In this document: piece after piece, positions 36,800 through 43,935 of the stretch
Layout of the letters: every line of letters starts with the position of its first letter
Numbering within the stretch: the first letter of the stretch is position 1
Assembly: GCA_964402535.1 (NCBI GenBank)
Contig: CAYOCH010000004.1
Span: forward strand, 1-53,818
Source of the DNA: an uncultured Candidatus Saccharibacteria bacterium
GTDB taxonomy: Bacteria > Patescibacteriota > Minisyncoccia > Phycocordibacterales > Phycocordibacteraceae
Reading direction: 5' to 3'
DNA length: 53,818 nt
Notes under the pieces: model-generated
Database searches by the model: none
Told to the model about the DNA's origin: nothing
The model's input: only the letters and a program-made list of their open reading frames with translations
Program-made: the position numbers and the translations under genes

Positions 36800-37380
36800 A
36801 CTTCTTTAGCAGGCTCAAGCTCAACTGGTACGACGATCGCACGACGCGGCGCGAAGTGAATTCTGGGGAGTACGATTTTTCATCAGAACCGACACGCATC
36901 CTCGACCTCGGCGCTCATAAGGGCTTTGCGTCCGAGTATTTCGCGAGACGTTACCCTCAAGCGATTATTCATGCATACGAACCGAACCCTGCACTGTACC
37001 GAACACTGGTACAGCGTGCACAAAAGCTCCGGAACGTTCGAACGTATAACGAAGCGATATCTGACCATGACGGTGTTGTTCAGTTTTCAATCTCTGATAG
37101 GAACGTTTCTTCGCACATTGCTGATGACGGCGAGGAGGTACCTTGTGTGTCCGTTCAGACCGCGGTGGATCGGATTGGCGGCAAAGTAGCCATCAAATCG
37201 GACATTGAGGGTGCAGAATTTGACGCCTACAAGATCATTCCTGCAAACGTCGTCGAAATAGTCGGAGAGGTTCACCCAGAGAAATCCGGCCGCGATAGCT
37301 CGGATCTCGAAAAGGATCTCCGGGCGCGATTCTTAGACGTGAGTGTGCCGCGCTCGAAAGGGATATTCAGAGCGCGATAA
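36796..37380 (+). CDS. FkbM-family methyltransferase (194 aa)
   Basis: ILDLGAHKGFASEYFARRYPQAIIHAYEPNP and AIKSDIEGAEF. ATGA overlap with the GtrA-like stop. Somewhat lower G+C than its neighbours (31 of 60 in line 36961-37020). Confidence 0.7.
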   Translation: MNFFSRLKLNWYDDRTTRREVNSGEYDFSSEPTRILDLGAHKGFASEYFARRYPQAIIHAYEPNPALYRTLVQRAQKLRNVRTYNEAISDHDGVVQFSISDRNVSSHIADDGEEVPCVSVQTAVDRIGGKVAIKSDIEGAEFDAYKIIPANVVEIVGEVHPEKSGRDSSDLEKDLRARFLDVSVPRSKGIFRAR

Positions 37381-38646
37381 CTATACGCTGCGCGCAGCGT
37401 AGCGGCGGACGAGGTAGGTGCTGTAGGCGAGATTGAAGAGGCGCGACGCGGCGCGGGCGATGATGAGGCCGAGGAGGCCGTACCACAAGATGCCGATAAA
37501 GAGCGTTGCGATCTGGACGAGCGACGAGCCGATGTTGAAGAGGTACAGCTCGCGCTTCGCGGCGTGCGCTTGGAGCACGGTCGCCGGGATCATGCTGCCC
37601 ATCGTGATGAGGGAGAAAGCGTAGATCTGCGAATAGAAGATCGATGCGCCGTAGGCGGGGAAGAAGAGGTTGAAGAACAGCGGCGCGATGATGACGTACG
37701 CGATGATACCGACCAAGAAGACGAGCGTCACGGTCATGATTCGGTAGCCCATCATCGCCTGGATCTCCTTGATCGGGCGCTGGACGAACTTGGGGAAGGC
37801 GATGTTCGCGAGGTTCGTCGCCATGCTCTTCAGCTGGTCAGGGAGCGCGGTCGCGAAGGCGTAGATGGCGAGCTCTGCTGCCCCGAGATAATGGAAGACG
37901 AGCAGCTGGTCGAGTTGGTTCGCGATCGTCCCGAGAATATTGATCGCGCTCATGTGCCAGCCGAGGTTTTTCAGCTCCGGGCTTCGGATCTCATTCGGTC
38001 TGTTGATGGTGAATACAACTGCGGATAGGATGAGGGCGATCGTGACGTTACTCGCGAGATAGGTGATGAAGAATGCGAGCGGGGACATGCCGAACGGCAT
38101 GAGAGCAAGCAGCGAGAGCGCCGGGACGAGATTCAGCGCGAGGCTGTAGAGCGCTGCGCGCCTGAACTCCTTACGGCCCTCGAGGAATGCACCATAGAGG
38201 TAGCCGGCTTGGAAGAATGGCGCGAGGAGCGCGATCGCGAGCGAGCCGTAGCCGAGCGTCGTGTTGCCAGCCGCGAAATAGTAGAAGGAAATGCCGCCAG
38301 CGATGACCGACATCGGCAAGGCGCCGAGGAGCGAGAACGGGATCGCCTCTCGGTAAGCGCCCTCTTCGCCTCTCGCGACTGCACGCGAGAGCGCCGTCGC
38401 GATGCCGGTGAGCGAGAAGGCCGAGAGCGTCCAGAAGAGCGATACCAGGAAGCGGTAGGTGCCGTATGTCTCCGGCGAGACATAGCGTGCGAAGGCCATC
38501 GACACGACGAGCGCCAGGGCGCCCAAGAAGATCTGCTCAGACGTGAGCCAGAAGCCGCCTTTGGCGAGATAGACCATGTCGGTCTTGGTGAAGCGCTCAG
38601 TCGCCCGCAAGAGCGAGACGAAGCGGGAAGAAATACGGGAGCGCAT
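37381..38646 (-). CDS. Oligosaccharide/polysaccharide flippase (Wzx, MOP superfamily, 421 aa)
   Basis: About 12 hydrophobic segments. N-terminus KGGFWLTSEQIFLGALALVVSMAFARYVSPETYGTYRFLVSL is typical of polysaccharide biosynthesis (Wzx) proteins. Confidence 0.75.
   Translation of the reverse strand: MRSRISSRFVSLLRATERFTKTDMVYLAKGGFWLTSEQIFLGALALVVSMAFARYVSPETYGTYRFLVSLFWTLSAFSLTGIATALSRAVARGEEGAYREAIPFSLLGALPMSVIAGGISFYYFAAGNTTLGYGSLAIALLAPFFQAGYLYGAFLEGRKEFRRAALYSLALNLVPALSLLALMPFGMSPLAFFITYLASNVTIALILSAVVFTINRPNEIRSPELKNLGWHMSAINILGTIANQLDQLLVFHYLGAAELAIYAFATALPDQLKSMATNLANIAFPKFVQRPIKEIQAMMGYRIMTVTLVFLVGIIAYVIIAPLFFNLFFPAYGASIFYSQIYAFSLITMGSMIPATVLQAHAAKRELYLFNIGSSLVQIATLFIGILWYGLLGLIIARAASRLFNLAYSTYLVRRYAARSV
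37384..37401. repeat. Perfect 18-nt palindrome at the convergent FkbM/Wzx junction (possible bidirectional terminator stem)
   Basis: TACGCTGCGCGCAGCGTA, 3 nt after the FkbM stop and inside the last codons of the minus-strand flippase gene. Confidence 0.5.
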
Positions 38647-38726
38647 GGATAGTCGTATCGTAGCATTTATGAGAACCGACCGATGGCCGCAGGGGTCGCA
38701 CGCGATGGTATGCTGTCCGTACCTAT

Positions 38727-39356
38727 ATGTTCGACATCTTGAAGACGACAGCGAAGCTTCTCCTCAGGCGGGGGACATTCCGCTCGTACAGCCAGTTCGG
38801 CGAGGATGCGATCGTCGCGCCCCTGTTCCGCAACAAGACGGACGGCGTCTATGTCGATATCGGCGCATACCATCCGCACCTCTATTCCAATACGTTTGCG
38901 TTCTATCGGCGCGGGTGGCGCGGAGTCGTCGTCGATCCGAATGCGAGTCTTGCGATGCTGTACCGCGTCTTCCGGCCGCGCGACACGTTCGTACATGCAG
39001 GCGTCGGCGCGAGCGCGACGAAGACGTACCACCAGTATGCCGACGGCGCGTACAACGGATTCGAGGATCGACAGGTGCCCTCGCGGCTGGTCCGCACCTA
39101 TGATGTGCCGATACTGCCGCTCGCGGACATCGTGAGGCAGAACAAGTTGTCGCGCATCGACCTGCTGTCGATCGATACGGAGGGGATGGAGGAGGAAGTG
39201 CTCGGCTCGTACGACTGGTCGGTGGAGCCGACGGTCATCGTAATCGAGTCGGAGCGCGGGTCGCCTGCGGCGCATCTGCTCGAGAGCCGCGGCTACGCGC
39301 TCGTCGCGCAGACAGGCCTCTCGCTCGTGTTCAAGAAGGCTGGCGCAGCCGTGTAA
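38727..39356 (+). CDS. FkbM-family methyltransferase (209 aa)
   Basis: YSQFGEDAIVAPLF, GVYVDIGAYHPHLYSNTFAFYRRGWRGVVVDPN, IDLLSIDTEGMEEEVL. Confidence 0.75.
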   Translation: MFDILKTTAKLLLRRGTFRSYSQFGEDAIVAPLFRNKTDGVYVDIGAYHPHLYSNTFAFYRRGWRGVVVDPNASLAMLYRVFRPRDTFVHAGVGASATKTYHQYADGAYNGFEDRQVPSRLVRTYDVPILPLADIVRQNKLSRIDLLSIDTEGMEEEVLGSYDWSVEPTVIVIESERGSPAAHLLESRGYALVAQTGLSLVFKKAGAAV

Positions 39357-39413
39357 GTTTCCGGTTGATGAAGCGTATAATGAAGGAAGGGAATCACACT
39401 TAATAATCACGTC

Positions 39414-40268
39414 ATGAACAAATACAAGTATGTTGCAGGTGTTTCGGCGTTGGCGCTCGTCATCGGCGCGATGCCGCTTGCGGCGCTCGCCGAGCGCGGC
39501 GGGGGCGAGGACGGGCAGGGCGACTCGCCGGTCGCGATCACGGCCGTGAGCGCGCAGGTCGGCTCGACGACCTCGGGTGAGCGCGTCCGTCCCTCGATCA
39601 AGGGCGGCGAGCAGGAGGATGGGGTCGAGAGCGAGGGCAATGCCTCTTCGACCGAAGGGATCAGGCACGCGTATGAGCAGGCGAACGAGAATGCGAAGCA
39701 CGCGATCGAGAAGGCGATGGAGCTCGCGAAGGAAGGGTTCCCGTTCTTCCTCGAGGGGACGACGACGCCCGTGACCTCGCTTGAGGCCTTGAAGAAGTCG
39801 ATCGAGGAGCGCAAGCAGGAGCTCGACGACGAAGAGGCGAGCTCGACGCCGGACGCGCAGGAGGTCGCAAAGAACGCGAACCCGGTCCGTCTCGCGGTGC
39901 ACGCGCTCCTCGCGTCGAAGGACATCCTCGGCGGTATCGGAGGACAGGTCTCGCAGATCGCGCAGCAGATGAACGACTCGATCGCGACGACGACCGCAGC
40001 GCAGGCCGACATCCAGTCGCGCGGGTTCCTCACGCGCCTCTTCTTCGGCGGCGACAAGGCGTCGGCGAATGCGCTTAACGAGGCGATCTCGCAGAACGCC
40101 GAGCGCATCGCGTCGCTCACGACTCTCTTGAACCAGGCGAGCACGACCGCCGACGTCAAGGCGACGATCGAGGCGCAGATCGCGGCCTTCCAGACCGCGC
40201 AGACGAATCTCCAGGCGCTTGCCGCAAAGGAGCAGAGCCAGTGGGGGATCTTCAGCTGGCGGTTCTAG
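39414..40268 (+). CDS. Secreted alpha-helical protein of unknown function (284 aa)
   Basis: Signal peptide MNKYKYVAGVSALALVIGAMPLAALA. The rest is Ala/Glu/Gln/Thr-rich and helical-looking. TAATAAT ends 6 nt before the ATG, and a GC-rich hairpin follows the stop. Confidence 0.6.
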   Translation: MNKYKYVAGVSALALVIGAMPLAALAERGGGEDGQGDSPVAITAVSAQVGSTTSGERVRPSIKGGEQEDGVESEGNASSTEGIRHAYEQANENAKHAIEKAMELAKEGFPFFLEGTTTPVTSLEALKKSIEERKQELDDEEASSTPDAQEVAKNANPVRLAVHALLASKDILGGIGGQVSQIAQQMNDSIATTTAAQADIQSRGFLTRLFFGGDKASANALNEAISQNAERIASLTTLLNQASTTADVKATIEAQIAAFQTAQTNLQALAAKEQSQWGIFSWRF

Positions 40269-40296
40269 TGCGATAGGCAGACGAGCGTGAGCAGCA

Positions 40297-40324
40297 GCGC
40301 GGCCGCCCCGGAGGGCGGCCGCGC
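40297..40324 (+). terminator. GC-rich hairpin after the secreted-protein gene (terminator-like, weak U-tract)
   Basis: GCGCGGCCGCC (40297-40307) / GGCGGCCGCGC (40314-40324), followed by TCCCGTTT. Confidence 0.5.
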
Positions 40325-40358
40325 TCCCGTTTAGGCCATGTGGTATGATTGCCCCATC

Positions 40359-42527
40359 ATGGCGAGCGGCGGTACGGCGAAGCAGGTCGCGCGGTGGGTC
40401 GCGCTTTCGGCATTGTTCCTGATCCCGTTCACGCCGCTCCTCGTCGCGAACAGCTACTTCTTCCCGTTCATTACGGGCAAGGCGTTCTACTTCCGCGTCC
40501 TGGTCGAGATCCTGTTCAGCTCCTGGATCGTCCTCGCGGCGCTTGACCGCGAGTATCGCCCGCGCTTCTCCTGGATCGGCGCCGCGGCCGTCGCGTTCGT
40601 CCTGTGGATGCTCGTCGCCGACTCGTTCGCGCCGAACGCCGCCAAGGCCTTTTGGAGCAACTTCGAGCGCATGGAGGGCTGGGTGCTCCTTATCCACCTG
40701 CTCGGCTTCTTCTATGCCGCTGGCGCGATACTCCGCACAGAAAAGAAGTGGCGCGCCTGGTTCACGACCTCGCTCGTCGCCTCGCTCCTTGTCTCGGGCT
40801 ATGCGCTCCTGCAGCTCGCCGGTACGCTCGCGATCCATCAGGGCTCGACGCGCATCGACGCCACCTTCGGCAACTCGGCCTACCTCGCGATCTACTTCCT
40901 CTTCAATGTCTTCATCGCGCTGTGGCTCGCGCTCACCGAGCGCGCGGCGTGGCTCAAGCGGAGCCTCATCGTCCTCGCCGTCCTCGAGGCGATCCTCATC
41001 TTCTTCACAGAGACGCGCGGCACGGTGATCGGGCTTGTGCTCGCACTCGCACTCGCCGCGTTCCTCACGGCGCTCACTGCAGGGCAGAAGGCGCGCGGCT
41101 ACGCGCTCGCAGCGCTCGCACTCATCGTCCTCGTCTCCGGCAGTCTCTATCTTGCACGTGACTCTGTGTTTGTGAAGGGCAACCACGTCCTCGAGCGCGT
41201 CACCTCGATCTCGGCCGCCGACGGCGTGACGCGCTTCACGATCTGGGGCATGGCGCTCCAGGGTGTCGCGGAGCGGCCGCTCCTCGGTTGGGGGCAAGAG
41301 GGCTTCAACTACATCTTCAATACATACTACGACCCGTCGCTCCACGCGCAGGAGCCGTGGTTCGACCGCGCGCACAACGCGTTCATCGACTGGCTCACGG
41401 CGGGCGGCGTCCCGGCGTTCCTCCTCTACGTCTCGCTCTTCGGTACGGCGCTCTTCTACCTCTGGCGCCGCTCCGAGCTCTCGCGCCCCGAGCGCATCGC
41501 GCTCACGGGTGCCTTGGTCGGCTATGCCGTGCACAATCTGTTCGTCTTCGACAACCTCTACTCCTACGTCTACTTCTTCGCGATACTCGCGATGATCGAC
41601 TCGCAGGTCGCGCGGCCGATCGAGCGGCTCGAAGCTGCGCCCGAGCTTGGTGCGGACGAGGGGATCACCTACGCGCTCCCGATCGGGGCTGTCGCCGCCT
41701 TCGCGCTTATCTGGTTCGTGAACGTGCCGGGGATGACGGTTGCGAACAAGCTCATCACCGCGCTCACGCCGACCGCCTCGAGCCCCGACTCGAATCTCGC
41801 CGTCTTCGAGGATCTCGCGACGCGTCCGGCGTTCGCCGCACAGGAGGTGCGCGAGCAGATCGTCTCCTTCGCCGCATCCGTCGCGCAGAGCCAGCAGGCG
41901 AGTACGGAGCAGAAGCAGAAGGCGCTGGTCCTTGCCGTCACCGAGATGAGCAAGCAGGTCGCCGCGTATCCGCAGGACGCGCGCGAGCGGCTCGAGCTCT
42001 CCTATGCCTACCGCGCGGGAGGCGACTCGGCCGACGCATTGAAGCAAATCAAGGCGGCGCACGAGCTTTCGCCCAAGAAGGAGGACATCCTGATCGAGAT
42101 GGGCGCGACCGAGTGGGACATGGGCAACGTGCAGGGCGCCAAGGACGATTTCAACCAGGCATATCTGCTCGGCCCCCAATTCCAAGACCTGGCGGCGTAC
42201 GCGGCAGCAGGCGACATCGCGGTCGGCGACACGACTGCAGGCGACGCGATTCTCCTGAAGAGCTATGGCACGACGACCGTCGACAGCGACATCCTCGCCG
42301 TCGCCTACTACCGCGCCAAGATGTGGCCGCGCCTCATCGCGCTCTGGCAGCTCCGCGCCAGTAAGCCCGACGCGCCGGTCGAGACGTGGTTCTCGCTTGC
42401 GGCTGCCTATTACACCTCGGGCGACAAGGCGACCGCGATCGCCACGATCAAGAAGGCCGTGCAGCTCTTCCCGTCGGCGGCGACTGCCGGCCAGGCGGCG
42501 ATCCAGCAGATTCAGTCAGGGAAATGA
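40359..42527 (+). CDS. O-antigen ligase/polymerase (Wzy_C) family membrane protein with a C-terminal TPR-like domain (722 aa)
   Basis: Ten or more TM segments, including the Wzy_C-like loop FFTETRGTVIGLVLALALAAFL. The soluble C-terminal ~230 aa have TPR-like repeats (LELSYAYRAGGDSADALKQIKAAHELSP..., WFSLAAAYYTSGDKATAIATIKKAVQLFP). Start taken at ATG 40359, 9 nt after TATGAT. The track start is 40338. Confidence 0.7.
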   Translation: MASGGTAKQVARWVALSALFLIPFTPLLVANSYFFPFITGKAFYFRVLVEILFSSWIVLAALDREYRPRFSWIGAAAVAFVLWMLVADSFAPNAAKAFWSNFERMEGWVLLIHLLGFFYAAGAILRTEKKWRAWFTTSLVASLLVSGYALLQLAGTLAIHQGSTRIDATFGNSAYLAIYFLFNVFIALWLALTERAAWLKRSLIVLAVLEAILIFFTETRGTVIGLVLALALAAFLTALTAGQKARGYALAALALIVLVSGSLYLARDSVFVKGNHVLERVTSISAADGVTRFTIWGMALQGVAERPLLGWGQEGFNYIFNTYYDPSLHAQEPWFDRAHNAFIDWLTAGGVPAFLLYVSLFGTALFYLWRRSELSRPERIALTGALVGYAVHNLFVFDNLYSYVYFFAILAMIDSQVARPIERLEAAPELGADEGITYALPIGAVAAFALIWFVNVPGMTVANKLITALTPTASSPDSNLAVFEDLATRPAFAAQEVREQIVSFAASVAQSQQASTEQKQKALVLAVTEMSKQVAAYPQDARERLELSYAYRAGGDSADALKQIKAAHELSPKKEDILIEMGATEWDMGNVQGAKDDFNQAYLLGPQFQDLAAYAAAGDIAVGDTTAGDAILLKSYGTTTVDSDILAVAYYRAKMWPRLIALWQLRASKPDAPVETWFSLAAAYYTSGDKATAIATIKKAVQLFPSAATAGQAAIQQIQSGK

Positions 42528-43615
42528 CGATCCGTGAACACGAGCCGCTTGCTCCCTGTACGACGTTCGGTGTCGGGGGAGCGGCGAGATATTTTGTAGA
42601 AGCACAGACAGTTGATGAAGTGCAGGAGGCGCTCGCGTTCGCGCGCGAGCGCGGGCTCAAGCTGTTCGTGCTCGGCGGCGGGTCGAACATCGTCGTCGCC
42701 GACAGCGGCTTCGACGGGCTCGTGCTCCTGATGCGCATCACTGACATCGAGACGACAGCGCCCAGAGAACGGACGAATGTGACGGTTGGTGCCGGGCTCG
42801 CGTGGGACGCGTTCGTCGTGTGGGCGATCGAGCAGGGTTTCGCGGGACTCGAGTGCCTCTCGGGCATCCCGGGCACGGTGGGCGGTGCAGTGGTCGGCAA
42901 CGCGGGCGCCTATGGCGCGCAAGTGAGCGACACCTTTATATATACGACCGTGCTCGACACGCTTGATGGCGAAATGAAAGAGATCAAGCGCGACGACTGC
43001 ACGTTCGGCTATCACGACAGTATGTTCACGCACGTCGACGGGCGATACATCGTGCTCTCTGCGACATTTGGATTGACGAGAGATCCGGCCGCACAGCCGT
43101 CATATCGCGACAACCGGTTCGACATGAAGAAGCTCGCAGAGAATCTCCGCCGCGCGCCGACGACAATGGAGGTGCGCGAGGCGGTGCTCGACATGCGCGA
43201 GCAGAAGGGCTCTCTTATCATGAGCGACCGTGTCTCATACAAGTGCGCCGGGTCGTTCTTTCATATGCCGTTCGTCTCGAGCGACAAGCTTGCCGAGGTG
43301 ACTGAGATGGTGCGCTCGCTCGATGCGGCGAAGGAGGAGCATCTGCGCCCCTGGTGGTGGCTCCAAGGGGACGGCAGCTACAAGGTTGCGCCCGGGTTCC
43401 TGCTCGAATACACGCCGTTTGTGCGCGGCTATGTGCAGAACGGCGCTGGCGTCTCGCCGCGGCACACGCTCTCGATCATCAATGCCGATAACGCGCGCGC
43501 CGCAGACATCGCTGCGCTCGCGCGTGACATGCAGCGCGCGGTCGCCGAGCGGTTCGGCATCGAACTCGAGAGAGAAGTGGAGTATGTGGGCGATGTCGAA
43601 CACGCGAATTCGTGA
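42524..43615 (+). CDS. murB: UDP-N-acetylenolpyruvoylglucosamine reductase
   Basis: LAPCTTFGVGGAARYFVEAQTVDEVQEALAFARERGLKLFVLGGGSNIVV (FAD-binding domain) and GIPGTVGGAVVGNAGAYG. ATG 42524 overlaps the upstream stop (ATGA). The track start 42386 lies inside the upstream gene. Confidence 0.9.
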   Translation: MTIREHEPLAPCTTFGVGGAARYFVEAQTVDEVQEALAFARERGLKLFVLGGGSNIVVADSGFDGLVLLMRITDIETTAPRERTNVTVGAGLAWDAFVVWAIEQGFAGLECLSGIPGTVGGAVVGNAGAYGAQVSDTFIYTTVLDTLDGEMKEIKRDDCTFGYHDSMFTHVDGRYIVLSATFGLTRDPAAQPSYRDNRFDMKKLAENLRRAPTTMEVREAVLDMREQKGSLIMSDRVSYKCAGSFFHMPFVSSDKLAEVTEMVRSLDAAKEEHLRPWWWLQGDGSYKVAPGFLLEYTPFVRGYVQNGAGVSPRHTLSIINADNARAADIAALARDMQRAVAERFGIELEREVEYVGDVEHANS

Positions 43616-43658
43616 TGCGAGCGCAAAGAATTTTTTCTCAAAGCATCACGCACATGAC

Positions 43659-43667
43659 TTATCCACA
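43659..43667 (+). promoter_or_regulatory. Perfect DnaA-box consensus 9-mer TTATCCACA
   Basis: Exact TTATCCACA in the AT-rich murB-secA spacer, flanked by the 10-nt direct repeats TTTTTTCTCA (43631-43640 and 43676-43685). Confidence 0.35.
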
Positions 43668-43792
43668 CTTCAAGATTTTTTCTCACACAAATATTTTTAT
43701 TTAGCGCAATAATAGTAATTGAAACGTTTGTCCTGAACGTAGTTGAAGGACAGACGGGTCGACATACCAACCAACTCTCATTCGCAACCACC

Positions 43793-43873
43793 ATGGCAAA
43801 GAAGCGCAAGGCAGCGAAGAAGACAGCCAAGAAGGCGACGAAGAAGCGCAAGGCTGCAAAGAAGCGCGCATAG
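43793..43873 (+). CDS. 26-codon Lys/Ala-rich micro-ORF (MAKKRKAAKKTAKKATKKRKAAKKRA)
   Basis: ATG start, G/C-rich third positions, and a TAG stop 13 nt before a strong intrinsic terminator. It is below the ORF-track length cut-off. The competing frame (43743..43964) would read through the terminator, the secA promoter and the secA start. Confidence 0.45.
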   Translation: MAKKRKAAKKTAKKATKKRKAAKKRA

Positions 43874-43886
43874 TCGTTTCAAGAAA

Positions 43887-43910
43887 GATCCCGCTCCGGC
43901 GGGATTTTTC
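43887..43910 (+). terminator. Intrinsic terminator after the micro-ORF
   Basis: GATCCCGC-TCCG-GCGGGATT, followed by TTTTCTTATTTT. Confidence 0.75.
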
Positions 43911-43919
43911 TTATTTTGC

Positions 43920-43925
43920 TATACT
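43920..43925 (+). promoter_or_regulatory. -10-like hexamer TATACT with TGc extension, 10 nt before ATG 43936
   Basis: tTGcTATACT-gcaacacacg-ATG. Confidence 0.45.
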
Positions 43926-43935
43926 GCAACACACG

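Noticed and set aside
38667-42185. The longest ORF in the track: 1,172 aa on the minus strand.
   Set aside because: It lies antisense to four well-supported plus-strand genes (FkbM methyltransferase, secreted protein, Wzy_C/TPR protein). Its product is an Arg/Asp/Glu/Leu-rich low-complexity string with no motifs. This is the typical stop-poor shadow frame of a high-GC genome.
19815-42523. Long 5' extensions of track ORFs (starts at 19815, 22870, 24125, 25054, 27574, 28685, 34265, 36553 and 42386).
   Set aside because: Each extension overlaps the well-supported upstream gene and translates to Arg/Pro/Ser-rich sequence. An internal ATG lies at or within a few nt of the upstream stop (19989, 23020, 24152, 25105, 27601, 28700, 34283, 36796, 42524), and the recognisable domain starts there.
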